This document shows, piece by piece, positions 50,054 through 60,734 of a stretch of 64,000 nucleotides of DNA. Position 1 is the first letter of the stretch; every line of letters begins with the position of its first letter. The DNA comes from Myxococcota bacterium (lineage in GTDB: Bacteria > Myxococcota_A > Polyangia > Nannocystales > Nannocystaceae), in contig JBCCWC010000012.1 in NCBI GenBank assembly GCA_039194325.1, positions 32,001 to 96,000 of the forward strand. Reading direction: 5' to 3'. The notes beneath the pieces are model-generated. The model did not search any database. It saw nothing but the letters and a program-made list of their open reading frames with translations, and was not told where the DNA came from. The translations under genes were made by a program, and so were the position numbers.

Positions 50054-51121
50054 ATGAAGTTCACGCCGATGAACGATACCCGAGCGTCACACCACCGCTA
50101 TGCGGCAGGAACCATCACCCTGATGCTGGTGTTGGTCGGCGCGTGCGGCGACCCCGAGGGAGACAGCGGGAGCTCCGGGCCAACGACGACCAACGGCATG
50201 GCCGATAGCTCGGTCGACCCGACGACCACGAGTTCCCCGAACCCGATGACCAGCGGCTTCGGCAGCACGGGCGACCCGAACGACACCAGCACCCCGGGCG
50301 ACTCCACCACGACCGGGCCGCCCCCGATGGTGACCACCTCGGGCGCCGGCTCCGAGAGCGGCTCCGAAGGTGGCTCCGGGAGCAGCTCCGGAGATCCACC
50401 GGCGGCGTGCGGCGACACGCCGATCGGAGGAGAACACGCGCTCATCGACGACCTCGAGGTCGAGCCGGGAGAGGTCGACCCCGACTCCAACATCATCGAG
50501 CACGACGGCCGGGTGGGCTCGTGGTACGTCTACAACGACGGCTCGGGAGGGGGGCTCCAGAACGGCGGCGACGCCTTCATGCCCCAGCCCGGCGGCGCCG
50601 AGGGCAGCGCGTATACGGCCCGGACCTGGGGCGAGGGCTTCGACACGTGGGGAGCGGGCATGGGGGTGGCGATCAACGCCTCGATGACCGACTGCCCGTA
50701 CGACGCGGCGGCATTCGAGGGAATCTCGTTTTGGGCCCGCGGCACGGGAACGGTGCGCGTGCAACTGCCCATCATGGCGACCGTTCCGACCGAAGCAGGC
50801 GGTACCTGCTCGGGAGTCTGCTACGACACCTTTGGCCTGGAGGTCGAGCTGACCGACGTGTGGACCTTCTATGCGTTCGCCTGGGACGAGCTCGCCCAGC
50901 AAGGATGGGGTGACCCCGCGATGTTCGATCCGCAGGAGCTCATGCAAGTCCAATGGCAGGCGCCCGCGGCAACCGAGTTCGACATCTACGTCGACACACT
51001 GAGCTTTTGGCCCGAAGGCCCCGCAGGAGGCAGCTCGGGCGGCTCCGACTCGGGCGGCTCCGACTCGGGCGGCTCCGACTCGGGCGGCTTCGGCTCGGGT
51101 ACGGGAACCGGCACCACCTGA
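50054..51121 (+). CDS. Lipoprotein with carbohydrate-binding-module-like domain (CBM11-like)
   Basis: VGAC lipobox, IDDLE, GSWYVYND, YDAAAFEGISFWARG, LAQQGWG; C-terminal GGSDS repeats. Confidence 0.75.
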   Translation: MKFTPMNDTRASHHRYAAGTITLMLVLVGACGDPEGDSGSSGPTTTNGMADSSVDPTTTSSPNPMTSGFGSTGDPNDTSTPGDSTTTGPPPMVTTSGAGSESGSEGGSGSSSGDPPAACGDTPIGGEHALIDDLEVEPGEVDPDSNIIEHDGRVGSWYVYNDGSGGGLQNGGDAFMPQPGGAEGSAYTARTWGEGFDTWGAGMGVAINASMTDCPYDAAAFEGISFWARGTGTVRVQLPIMATVPTEAGGTCSGVCYDTFGLEVELTDVWTFYAFAWDELAQQGWGDPAMFDPQELMQVQWQAPAATEFDIYVDTLSFWPEGPAGGSSGGSDSGGSDSGGSDSGGFGSGTGTGTT

Positions 51122-51251
51122 CGCCCGTCCGCCACACGCTCCGGGTCACCCCGGATCGGACGACGACCACGATCCCACAGGACCTAACCCCGCCCTGAGG
51201 AATCCGCCTCGCCGGATCTCACGATCCAACGAGGCGGCGTCGATCACCGAC

Positions 51252-52694
51252 CTAGAGATCAGGATCTTCGATGAGGATGATGTCGGGCACCGACCCGGGA
51301 CCTGCGGCCAGCTCGCCCTCGGAGGTGCTCATGCCGAGCCCGAGCTGCCCGCGGTCGTCGACCCCCCAGCAACGCAGCGCCCCGGTGTCCAGCAACGCAC
51401 AGGTGTGCTGCGACAGGGCGCCACCGAAGATCGAGACCACGCCGGCGCCCCCGAAGTCGAGCGGGGCCACGCTGGCCGGAGTCTCGTCGTCGCCGATGTC
51501 GTGGCCATGACCGTAGCCGAGGCGGCCGTCGGCATTACCTCCCCAGCAGTACAGCGCCCCGGTATTCAGCAACGCGCACGAGTGCTGCCCGGCAGCGATC
51601 AGATCGACGGCTTCGCCGCCCAGCGCGACGGGAGCCTGGGTGGTCGGCACCTCGTCATCACCGATGTTGCTGGTGTGGCCGTAGCCGAGCTGACCGACGT
51701 CGTTGTACCCCCAGCAGCGCACCACGCCGCTCTCGAGCAGCGCGCAGGTGTGGCTGGCCCCGGCGACGATCTTGGTGACCACGCCGCCCAGTGAGACTTC
51801 GCCTCCGGTGGCGGCGGGCTCGTTGTCGCCGATGTTGCTGGTGTGGCCGTAGCCGAGCTGACCGACGTCGTTGTGACCCCAGCAGTGTACGGAGCCGTCG
51901 GGCAGCAGCGCACAGGCGTGGGCGGCCCCGACGGTCACCTGCTGGGCGGGCTCGGCGAGCTCCACGAGGACCGAGCCGGCCGAGGGAGTACCCATGCCCA
52001 GGCCGCTGGGATTGCCGTGCCCGAGCTGACCTTCGTCACCTCGACCCCAGCACTCGATCTGTCCGGCGGCCAGCAGCGCGCAGCTGAAGCCGTCACCCAC
52101 GGCGAGCTCTTCGGCCCGATCGACCAAGGTGGGCACCGCGTCGATAGGGGTCTCGTCGTCTCCAACGGTGTGGGTGTGGGTCAGCCCGAGCTCGAAGCCC
52201 GCGTTGTGCCCCCAGGCCCGCACGCTGCCGTCGGCCAGCACGGCAAAGGCCTGGGTGCCGCTGGTGGTCACGTGCTGGGCTCGCGCGCCGAGCTCTACGA
52301 AGCTCACCGCGGCGGGGATCTCGTCGTCCCCGATGTCGATGGTGCTGGCCTGGCCCAGCTGGCCCTGATCGCCTCGGCCCCAGCACTTGACGTTGCCGGC
52401 GAGGGTCACGGCGCAGGTGGTCGCGTCACCGGTGGAGACCATGGCCACCCCCGACGGCTTGCAGGTGGCGTCGCACCCGTCGTCGTCGTCGAGGTTGCCG
52501 TCGTCGCACTGCTCGGGGGACTGGACGATCCCGTCACCACAGCCGGCGATGGGGGCGCTGCGTAGCATGAGTAGGTGTTCTTGGTGAGGGGACTCGAGGA
52601 CCTGTGTGCATGCTCCGCTAAGCAGGAGCACGGCCGGCAGAAACCGGACGGGTGAGTTGAATAGAAAGAACTTGGGGGCTTGATTGTCGAACAT
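51252..52694 (-). CDS. RCC1-repeat protein with myxobacterial Cys-rich repeat
   Basis: CGDGIVQSPEQCDDGN; repeated HxCALL..G.V.CWG.N..GQLG. Confidence 0.92.
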   Translation of the reverse strand: MFDNQAPKFFLFNSPVRFLPAVLLLSGACTQVLESPHQEHLLMLRSAPIAGCGDGIVQSPEQCDDGNLDDDDGCDATCKPSGVAMVSTGDATTCAVTLAGNVKCWGRGDQGQLGQASTIDIGDDEIPAAVSFVELGARAQHVTTSGTQAFAVLADGSVRAWGHNAGFELGLTHTHTVGDDETPIDAVPTLVDRAEELAVGDGFSCALLAAGQIECWGRGDEGQLGHGNPSGLGMGTPSAGSVLVELAEPAQQVTVGAAHACALLPDGSVHCWGHNDVGQLGYGHTSNIGDNEPAATGGEVSLGGVVTKIVAGASHTCALLESGVVRCWGYNDVGQLGYGHTSNIGDDEVPTTQAPVALGGEAVDLIAAGQHSCALLNTGALYCWGGNADGRLGYGHGHDIGDDETPASVAPLDFGGAGVVSIFGGALSQHTCALLDTGALRCWGVDDRGQLGLGMSTSEGELAAGPGSVPDIILIEDPDL

Positions 52695-52791
52695 TGCGAA
52701 CCTTCCTTGGTTCGGCAAAGCCCCACCGCGAACGAGGCGACACGCCGCCGCCTAGCCCGATCGGGGACTTTGCCTACGCGCTCCCGAGTTC

Positions 52792-52807
52792 TGCACGGCC
52801 CGTGCCG
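52792..52807 (-). promoter_or_regulatory. Possible sigma-54 promoter
   Basis: CGGCACGGGCCGTGCA on the minus strand upstream of the RCC1 gene. Confidence 0.4.
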
Positions 52808-53072
52808 AAGTTGAATCCGGGCCCGCGTGGCGACAGCATCGATCGATCCGTGTCGTGTCGTTTCGCGATGATGGTGACCACCTCGGGGTCATCTACGGAC
52901 CATGACGAGCTCACCGACCCCACCGGACCATGCCCGATCGAAGCCCGATCGACGCCCGATCCCCCGGGGACGAGTGCCTCGGTGACGCCCTTTGACCGTG
53001 TCGAGTCGAAACGATCTACGCCTCGAGCCGAGGCTCGAGCGGGGTTCCCCCGACACTCGCTCGGCGCGATCG

Positions 53073-56000
53073 CTACGGCGTTCGTTCGTCGCCCGATCGA
53101 TGCTCGGCCATCCAAGCCTCGATCTCGTCGTGCAATGAGTTCACCCCGGCTCCGGGAGCCGAGAGCCGCTCCTGCGCAGCCCGAGCTATGCGCGTAGCCT
53201 CACGCTCGTCGCCCAGGTCCCAGAGCACGCGGGAGAGGGCAAATTCGGTCCGTGCCTGGGCCTTGGGGCGAGTTTCGATCTCCCGATGAATATTCAGCGC
53301 TTCGACGAGTCGATCGCGCGCGTCGTCGAGGCGGCCAACCCGATGCAAGGTGCGACCGAGCGCCCAGGCAGAGCGAGCGAGCTCCGGCCGGGGCTCGTCC
53401 GCCGAGAAGGCGACCATGAGGATCGACCGGGCCTTCTCGTGCGACGCGAGCGACTCGTCGTAGCGACCTTGCTCGAAGTAAAGCGCCCCGAGGCTCTCGA
53501 GCGCGCTGGCCACCCGAGGGTGGGCCGGCCCGTACTTGCGCTCGAAGCTGCGACGGGCCAGCTGGTAGAGCTCGCCGGCCTCGTCGTAGCGACCCTGGGC
53601 CTGCACCGCCTTACCGAGGTTGAGTCGCACCATGGCGATCGCCGGATGATCCTGGTCGTGACCGTAGGCGGTGAGATACGAGGCCAGCGCGCGACGGTAG
53701 TGCTCCTCGGCCTGGGCGTTACGGCCCAAGGAGCGGTGGATCACGCCGAGGTTGGAGCGCGCCCCGGCCACGTGCTCGTGCTCGGGCTCGTAGACCGATT
53801 GCCAGATCCACAGCGCGGTGGTCAGCTCGAGCTCGGCTTCCTCGGTCTTGCCCTGATACAGCAAGGTGGCCCCCAGGTTGCTTCGAACCAGCGCGGTGGT
53901 GGGATGATCGGCCGGCAGGGCGACCTGGGCCACCCGCAGGGCCCGCCGAAGCTTGCGCTCGGCCTCGCCCTGCTTACCCTGGGGCACGAGCACGGTGGCC
54001 AGGTGAGCCAGCTCGAAGGCAACCAGGGGGTGCCGTACGCCTAGCTCACGCTCGACGATGGTCACCGCCTCCCGAGCGCGCCGCTCGGCCTCGTCGTAGC
54101 GCCCCTGGCGCTTGAGCACGCCCCGCAGGCCGTCTAGCGCGTAGACGACTTCGAGGGGATCGGTCTCCTCGACTCGATCGAGCAGCTTGAGCGCGCGGAC
54201 CAAGCGATGCTCGGCGGCCTCGTCGTCGCCGAGCTTGCCCAGTAGCTGGCCGATCCGCACCAGGGCGCGGGCCTCCATCACTCCGTTGGGATCGCGGCGC
54301 TGGGCTAGAGCCTCGGCCGACTCGCCCATCCATCGACCGAGCTCGGCATTGCCCAGCATCGCCCCAGACACAAAGGTGAGCTCCGTGCTGGCCTGGGCGG
54401 CGACGTCCTGGTGACCGCTGCGCAGCGCCAGCGAAAAGGCGCGGCGTAGGTCTTGCTCGGCATCACCGTAGCGACCCGCGGAGTGGTGTAGATCGCCCCG
54501 CTCCCGAAGCACCTCGGCCAACAACGCCGGGTAGCCGAGCTCTTCGGCCTCGGACAGCACGGGCTCGAGCACGGCCAGGCTCTCGGCGTACTTCCCCGAC
54601 TTGCGCAGCGCCCAGGCCTTGTGGGCCTGGGCCCGTAGCGGGCCCAGGCGCATCGCGACGGCGGGGTCGTCGGGCGGAGGAAACTCGGCCGACAGCGCCT
54701 CGACGTCGGCACAGCGGGACAGCACGGGGAGATCGGCGATCACCCGGGCCGCCTGCTCGACCACCTGTGCGTCGGCCCGGGCCAGCAGCCCGACCGCCTG
54801 CTCGAGCGCGACACGACGCTGCTCGAGGCAGCGCATGCGCAGGTCGAGCACCGCCTCCGACTGCTCCCCGTGCACACGGGTCGCCTCACAGGCATCGGTG
54901 TGCATGGTGACCCAGGCGGCGGAGTAGTGATCGAGGCGACCCTGTACGGCGGCCCACATGTCGGATGCATAGGCCACGCCGGTGTCGAGCAAGGCCGCGT
55001 GGATCTGCTCACGCCGAGCCTCGTCCCAGATCCCGTCGAGCCGGCGCGAGGACCCCTGACAGGGTGGTGTGCGATCGAGCTGACGGTTCGCGCTGACGAG
55101 CCCGATGACCCCCAGGTTGGCGGTCACGAGGACCACCGCGCCCCACCGCCTCCAGCGAGCCCTCCGTTGGTGCTCCAGCCGCCGCAAGAGCTCGTCCATC
55201 GATGGCCACCGATCGCCCTGGTCCGGGCTCAGACCCCGCTCGATGATCCGCTGCACCGCGCGCGGGGTTCCCCGAGCGGCCGAACGAGAGGGCAGCGAGC
55301 GGCCCACGGCCCGAGCCACGTCGAGCTCGGTGCCCTGCTGGGGCCGGTGCCCATAGAGCGCCTCGAACAAGGAGATGCAGTAGCTGTACTGATCGCTCTT
55401 GGCGTCGATCGGCCCGTCGCCGAGCTGCTCCGGGGCCATGTAGGGCAGCGTGCCCAGCACCGTGCCGTCGCTGGTGAGCGGTCGAGCCAAGGCGCTATTG
55501 CTCTTGTCGAGGTCGAGCTCAACGACCGGACGGTCACCCTTGACCCCCTTGCGGGCCTGCGCGGCTCGCTTGAGGGTCTCCGCATCGCCCGCGAGGCCGA
55601 AGTCGAGGACCCATACGCGCCCCTTGCCGTCGACGATGCAGTTGTTGGGCTTGAAGTCGCGATGGACGAGCCCCTCGGCGTGGGCGGCGGCCAGCCCTCG
55701 ACCCGCCTGGATGTATACATCGACGATCTCGGTCCACGAGCGCGGCGTCTGCTGCCAGTCCCAAAGCGTCTGCCCCGACAGCCGCTCCATCGCGATGAAG
55801 GTTCGCCCCTGGTAGAGGCCCACCTCGTAGACCGCCACCACGTTAGGGTGCGACAGACGGGCCAGCGCCTGGGCCTCGCGGATCAGGCGTTGAGCATGGT
55901 GCTCGCCCAGCTCCCGCTGGAGCAGCTTGATCGCGACCGGGCGGTCGAGGGTCTGGTCGTAGGCCTCGAGCACCACGCCCATGCCGCCGTGTCCGAGCCG

Positions 56001-56171
56001 ACCCCGGATCAGATAGCGGCCGATGCGAGCACCGGTAACGGGATGTTGCTGCTCGTCGAGCATGTACCCTACCGGAGGTAGGTTGCTCTCGGGCCGGGTC
56101 GGCGTGGACGGGCGTCCTCCGCCAGCGGCTACGACCCGGTCGCCGTCCGAGCTGATCCCTCCATCGCCCAT
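53073..56171 (-). CDS. Ser/Thr kinase-TM-TPR protein
   Basis: LGHGGMGVV, VAIK, HRDFKPNN, DFG, GTLPYMAPEQ; TPR repeats. Confidence 0.95.
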   Translation of the reverse strand: MGDGGISSDGDRVVAAGGGRPSTPTRPESNLPPVGYMLDEQQHPVTGARIGRYLIRGRLGHGGMGVVLEAYDQTLDRPVAIKLLQRELGEHHAQRLIREAQALARLSHPNVVAVYEVGLYQGRTFIAMERLSGQTLWDWQQTPRSWTEIVDVYIQAGRGLAAAHAEGLVHRDFKPNNCIVDGKGRVWVLDFGLAGDAETLKRAAQARKGVKGDRPVVELDLDKSNSALARPLTSDGTVLGTLPYMAPEQLGDGPIDAKSDQYSYCISLFEALYGHRPQQGTELDVARAVGRSLPSRSAARGTPRAVQRIIERGLSPDQGDRWPSMDELLRRLEHQRRARWRRWGAVVLVTANLGVIGLVSANRQLDRTPPCQGSSRRLDGIWDEARREQIHAALLDTGVAYASDMWAAVQGRLDHYSAAWVTMHTDACEATRVHGEQSEAVLDLRMRCLEQRRVALEQAVGLLARADAQVVEQAARVIADLPVLSRCADVEALSAEFPPPDDPAVAMRLGPLRAQAHKAWALRKSGKYAESLAVLEPVLSEAEELGYPALLAEVLRERGDLHHSAGRYGDAEQDLRRAFSLALRSGHQDVAAQASTELTFVSGAMLGNAELGRWMGESAEALAQRRDPNGVMEARALVRIGQLLGKLGDDEAAEHRLVRALKLLDRVEETDPLEVVYALDGLRGVLKRQGRYDEAERRAREAVTIVERELGVRHPLVAFELAHLATVLVPQGKQGEAERKLRRALRVAQVALPADHPTTALVRSNLGATLLYQGKTEEAELELTTALWIWQSVYEPEHEHVAGARSNLGVIHRSLGRNAQAEEHYRRALASYLTAYGHDQDHPAIAMVRLNLGKAVQAQGRYDEAGELYQLARRSFERKYGPAHPRVASALESLGALYFEQGRYDESLASHEKARSILMVAFSADEPRPELARSAWALGRTLHRVGRLDDARDRLVEALNIHREIETRPKAQARTEFALSRVLWDLGDEREATRIARAAQERLSAPGAGVNSLHDEIEAWMAEHRSGDERTP

Positions 56172-56358
56172 CGACGACCCGAGTATAGAGCGGTGCGCGT
56201 AGCGGCGGGGACCAGCGGCCCGGGCGGGCCGACAGCGAAGGTCGATGCCGAGCTTACGGAGCCCACCCCATCGGCCGCGGGCCACCTGGTCCCGGCGATC
56301 ATGCCGCGAATCTCGGCCCCGACTTTACACCCCGTGAGTCATGGGCGAGCTCACCCGC

Positions 56359-57702
56359 TCAGTGAGCGAGCCCGTGGGGGGGATGTGGGCGCCGAGGACG
56401 GGGCAGCGGCGGTGCCACGCGAGCCCCCGCCGCCTGACGGAACTCGGGGGCCCCATCGACCTGGGCCGCTTGGAAGGTGGTTTCCCACTCGACCAGGGCA
56501 GTGGCATCCGCCGCCAGCACCATGGTCAGATCACGACCTTGCTGCCGGGTGGCGCGGACTCCCTCGGGAGGGGCGATGCTGTCGATCGCCGCGAGCTGCT
56601 GGGCCGACGCCTCGTCGAGGAATCGAACGGTCCAGGCCACGGCCACATCGGCGCTGGTGGGACCCCCAACGATGAGGAGCCGATCGCCCGCCCAATCTTC
56701 GGCCAGGGCCGAGGCGGTGACCTCGTCGATCCCGCTGCGGCGAGCCACCGCAAAGAGGACCCAGGCACCCAGGGTGTCGTCGGCGACGACCGACCACCTC
56801 GCGGGGAGGGGCTCGGCGGTGAGCAAGGGCGTGTCGACCTGGTCGCGAGGATCGGCCCCGGACAGGGTGCGCAAGACCGCGGCGGTCGAACCGGGCGGGG
56901 TGTCGTAGAGATCGAGCACGCCCGGATCTCCCTGCGCAAACCAGCGCTCGGTGACCAGCTCGCCGCCAAAGGGGTACGGGAACGACGAGGACAGGCTGGT
57001 ATAGCTCGCACTGGAGACGCCGCTGGCGGCGTCTCGCAGATCTTGCTGCTGCTCGGCGTAGTACGTGTCGAAGATCCCCGGGGAGATCGACGCCCCTGGC
57101 TGCCGGGCCATGGTGACGTTGGAGTAGTGGACCGCCTCGCCCTCGGTGACCGAGCGAGTGGCGGCGGTGGCATCGGCCGTGTTGGCGTGCTCGTCGAAGA
57201 AGTCCTGCAGGCCGATGTCGACGTCTTGCTGGGCATGCACGAACTCGTGGGAGAGCACGAACACCGAGGTCTCGGCGGAGACATCGCCCAGGTTGGTCTC
57301 GATGATGGTCACGCTGGCATCGGCCCGCGAATAGAACGCCAGCACGCTGGCGGCGTAGGACGCGATGGCGGCCTCATCACTCGAGGTCTGGCCGGGGGGC
57401 AATAGCGAGAGCATGCGCAGGGCGGTGGCGATCTGTGCGTCGGCCCGCACCTGCGCGTCGGTGGGCTCGTCTCCCTGCCGCAGCAGGGCCTCGAACTCGT
57501 CGCGGGTGATCGAGAACACCCGCGGGACGGTGCGACCCGAGTGACCGCGCGCGCACGCGGTCTGCACGAACACGTGCTCGCGACACTCGACCGAGCCGAT
57601 GTCGCAGACCTCCAGCGAGTCTTCGCAACTTTGTTCGTCGGCGCAGCCGACACCCAACGCGAGCAATCCGGCGAGACCGGCCAGGGCAGACGAAGCCTTC
57701 AT
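56359..57702 (-). CDS. Lipoprotein with HExxH zinc-metallopeptidase-like motif
   Basis: GVGC lipobox, SHEFVHAQQD, TEGEA, FPYPFG, WAGDR. Confidence 0.75.
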   Translation of the reverse strand: MKASSALAGLAGLLALGVGCADEQSCEDSLEVCDIGSVECREHVFVQTACARGHSGRTVPRVFSITRDEFEALLRQGDEPTDAQVRADAQIATALRMLSLLPPGQTSSDEAAIASYAASVLAFYSRADASVTIIETNLGDVSAETSVFVLSHEFVHAQQDVDIGLQDFFDEHANTADATAATRSVTEGEAVHYSNVTMARQPGASISPGIFDTYYAEQQQDLRDAASGVSSASYTSLSSSFPYPFGGELVTERWFAQGDPGVLDLYDTPPGSTAAVLRTLSGADPRDQVDTPLLTAEPLPARWSVVADDTLGAWVLFAVARRSGIDEVTASALAEDWAGDRLLIVGGPTSADVAVAWTVRFLDEASAQQLAAIDSIAPPEGVRATRQQGRDLTMVLAADATALVEWETTFQAAQVDGAPEFRQAAGARVAPPLPRPRRPHPPHGLAH

Positions 57703-58029
57703 TGAGCCCTGAGCATAGCCGAGGATGGGCACCTGGGCGCCCCCTCCCCGGTCCGAACCGCCGCCGAGCCCTCGTGCGCTGATGGGCTCGAGCCTGTGCG
57801 CAGAGCCCGGCGCTCTGCCATGGCTCATGACGACCGTGCGAGCCTCGCGAGCAGCGCCATCCCTATCGCTTCACCCTAGTGCCTCGTGCCCGGCGTGCTG
57901 CTGATGGGCATGCTCGTGTCGCCGGTCTTCGCGGTCGCTTGCTCGGTGCTGGCCACGCGCGGCAACGACCCCCAAACGAGGCGCCGACTCGATTTCGTCC
58001 TCAACCATCTGTTCAACGACGGTATCTGC

Positions 58030-58162
58030 TTAGTCGTGGTGGAAGAGCTTTGCGACGATCCTCCACGCACCGTCCACCTGGAGGAGGTGAAACTTGGTCA
58101 CGAAGGAGCCACCGTAGAGATGATCCTCTACGATCACCGCGGTCGCCGTTCGAGCGACTCAT
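58030..58162 (-). pseudogene. Internally deleted NTF2-like (lumazine-binding-type) gene
   Basis: ATG overlaps the DJ-1 stop but is out of frame with TAVIVEDHLYGGSFVTKFHLLQVDGAWRIVAKLFHHD*. Confidence 0.65.
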
Positions 58163-58845
58163 TGTGCCACCTGCTTCGTCCTCGTGTATTCAAATAGATC
58201 GCCGGCTATCTGCTCGACACTTTGCCGCACCGCCTGGACCGCGAATTCCGGCGCGGTCTCCGGGCCACCGGAGTTGTAGGGCGGCGCCGGACGATACTCG
58301 AACATGAGCTGCATGACATGCGCGGTGGACTCTGAGATCACCTGTGAGATCACGGTCAGGGCAAAATCGAGGCCTGCGGTCATTCCGCCGCCGGTGATCC
58401 GGTTACCGGAAATGCAGACACGTTCATCCACCTGCTGCACCTTCGGATAGCTCGCCAGTGCTTGCGTATAAGCCCAGTGGGTCGCCGCTTTGTGCCCATC
58501 GAGCAATCCCGCTTCCGCGAGAATGAGCGATCCGGTGCAAACCGAGGTTACATAGTCCGCCTTTTCGCCGGCCCTTTTGATGAATGAGATCACCTCCTGG
58601 TCTTGCATCTGCGCGAGGACGTTGCCGCCGCCGGGCATGACCAAGACGTCGACATCGGGGCAATCGTCGAACCCGTAGTGCGGCGTGAGCAACGCTCGCG
58701 CGTCGGACATGACGGGCTCCGACGTCTTGGCGAAGGTGAAGGTCTCGATCTCCGGGACCAATGCAAAGAACTGCAGCGGGCCGTAGGCGTCGATCATGGT
58801 CATGTTGGGAAAGAGATAGATGCCAACCTTTTTCTTCTCGGTCAT
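58159..58845 (-). CDS. DJ-1/PfpI family protein (isonitrile hydratase-like)
   Basis: DVLVMPGG, SVCTGS, AGLLDG, ATHW, ITGGGMTAGLD, EYRPAPPY. Confidence 0.92.
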   Translation of the reverse strand: MTEKKKVGIYLFPNMTMIDAYGPLQFFALVPEIETFTFAKTSEPVMSDARALLTPHYGFDDCPDVDVLVMPGGGNVLAQMQDQEVISFIKRAGEKADYVTSVCTGSLILAEAGLLDGHKAATHWAYTQALASYPKVQQVDERVCISGNRITGGGMTAGLDFALTVISQVISESTAHVMQLMFEYRPAPPYNSGGPETAPEFAVQAVRQSVEQIAGDLFEYTRTKQVAQ

Positions 58846-59501
58846 CGTTTTTCTCCGTGAGATCCGGTTCGATCGCGTAGCGCGGCCTTCTCGAGGCCAA
58901 GGCACGTTTGGACGCTCGGTCGAGCGAGCATTCGCTCTTTGAACGCCGCGAGATTGGGATACGACGCCTCGAGCTTCACGCCTAGCCGGGGCAGCAGCAT
59001 GGTCGCCCAGAACAGATAGGCATCGGCCACACAAAAATCACTGCCGAGGAGAAACGGCCGCTTTGACAAGGCGCGCTCGGGGTGGCGCAGGACATTCGGC
59101 AGCACCGTCGTCGTGACATAGTCACGCATCGCCTCTGGGACGGCGGGATTGAAGTAGATCGCCAGCACTTGCTTGTGGATCTCGGTCGATGTGAACGCGA
59201 GCCACTCGTCGAGTCGCATCTGGCTACGCTCGCCATCTTCATCATCTTGTGAGGCCAGCGTGAGCGCAGGGGCGAGGCTGCCGATATACCGCAAGATCGC
59301 GATGTTCTCGGTGAGCACCGCTCCGCTGTCGAGGACGAGCGTGGAGACCTTGCCCTTGGGGTTGACCTCCAGGAAGTTAGCGCCACTTTGGGTTCGCTTG
59401 GTCGCCAGGTCGACCCACTCGATCGTAACGTCGATCTGAGCCTCTCTTAGGGCGATGTGCGGCCCCATCGAGCACGCAAAGGGGGATGCATAGAGCTTCA
59501 T
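58842..59501 (-). CDS. Glutathione S-transferase (beta-class-like)
   Basis: MKLYASPFACS, NPKGKV, LTENIAIL, TEIHK, VADAYLF. Confidence 0.93.
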   Translation of the reverse strand: MKLYASPFACSMGPHIALREAQIDVTIEWVDLATKRTQSGANFLEVNPKGKVSTLVLDSGAVLTENIAILRYIGSLAPALTLASQDDEDGERSQMRLDEWLAFTSTEIHKQVLAIYFNPAVPEAMRDYVTTTVLPNVLRHPERALSKRPFLLGSDFCVADAYLFWATMLLPRLGVKLEASYPNLAAFKERMLARPSVQTCLGLEKAALRDRTGSHGEKR

Positions 59502-59588
59502 GATGGTCTCCTAGTCGCGCCCACCGGCAGGCCGAGGGTGTGGGCTAGCCGCGAACGCCGGTTGAAGTAGGCGTTCTCGCCCCTGCCT

Positions 59589-59655
59589 GGTCCATCCGGT
59601 CCATCCGGTCCATCCGGTCCATCCGGTCCATCCGGTCCATCCGGTCCATCCGGTC
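59589..59655. repeat. 9-bp tandem repeat GGTCCATCC x7
   Basis: Read directly from sequence. Confidence 0.97.
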
Positions 59656-60082
59656 TGGTTGACCAAGGCCGTTTGAGCCCGTCGATGACGGCCCGTGGGC
59701 TGCCATGAACATGCCCCCTACCCACCTTGGCAGCAATGACAAATAACCCTCGTTTTCAGCCACGCCGGCATGCATCGCGCTCCGGTCCCTGCCAGCTCGT
59801 GCGGCCACGAGTCTCGGACCCACCGAGTACGGCACGAGCCCCATCGCCACCGCCGTACCGAGCGGTGTCGCGCACCACGCGAAGCGTCCAGCCAAAACGA
59901 CCGGTCGGGAAGACAGGGCCCTAGCGGTGTTTCGGCCACGCGAAGGGGCCACGACGGGCTGCTCGGCCATACACGGGCCCTGATCCCTGTGAGCGGGCCT
60001 ACAGGTCGATTCCCCGGTCTAGCGGACCGCGAGACAACGGTGATCCGCTCGGCCGCGCGGTAAGGTACTGTCTGGGCCGAGT

Positions 60083-60667
60083 ATGGGAGCCGGTCTCGAA
60101 AAGCTGGGCATCGTCGACGACGCGGAAGGGCCTGCCCGGGAATCCGCGGGCGACGAGGTGATCCAGTCGCTGCCCCGGGAGGACGAGAAGACCCGGCGGA
60201 TCGAGGTGCTCCAGCGCATGCTCCGCCAGGTCGCCCTCTTCGACGGCCTGCTGCCCGTGCACCTGGAGCGGATCGCCAGCCTGGTGCAGGAGGTCCACTA
60301 CGCCCACGGCGAGCCGGTGTTCAGCCACGGCGACGACGGCGACGGGCTGTACCTGATCCTCAGCGGGGCCGTCCGGATCAGCCGTAGCGTGTCCGGGATC
60401 GGCGAGGAGGCGCTCGCGATCCTCAAGCCGGGCATGTACTTCGGCGAGATGTCGATCGTCGACGACGATGTGCCCCGCTCGGCCGACGCGATCGCCCACG
60501 AGGAGTCGCGGCTGCTCAAGCTGCCCAAGGACGACCTGCGCGATCTGATGTTCGTCGACCGCGAGCTGGCCTATGAGCTGCTGTGGCGCTTCGTCCGCAC
60601 GCTCAGCTCACGCCTGCGAGACTCGAACGACCGGCTGCTGATGCTGACGGTCAGCTCGAAGTTCTGA
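60083..60667 (+). CDS. Cyclic nucleotide-binding domain protein
   Basis: GDGLYLILSGAVRI, YFGEMS, PRSADA; no C-terminal HTH. Confidence 0.9.
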   Translation: MGAGLEKLGIVDDAEGPARESAGDEVIQSLPREDEKTRRIEVLQRMLRQVALFDGLLPVHLERIASLVQEVHYAHGEPVFSHGDDGDGLYLILSGAVRISRSVSGIGEEALAILKPGMYFGEMSIVDDDVPRSADAIAHEESRLLKLPKDDLRDLMFVDRELAYELLWRFVRTLSSRLRDSNDRLLMLTVSSKF

Positions 60668-60734
60668 GCCGCGCTCGCGCTCGAACGTCAGGACACACGA
60701 ACAGGACACACGTCGTATAGATAGCCGAGCCGCC

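Noticed and set aside
57886..58197. 103-aa plus-strand ORF
   Set aside because: Antisense to the NTF2-like remnant and the DJ-1 3' end
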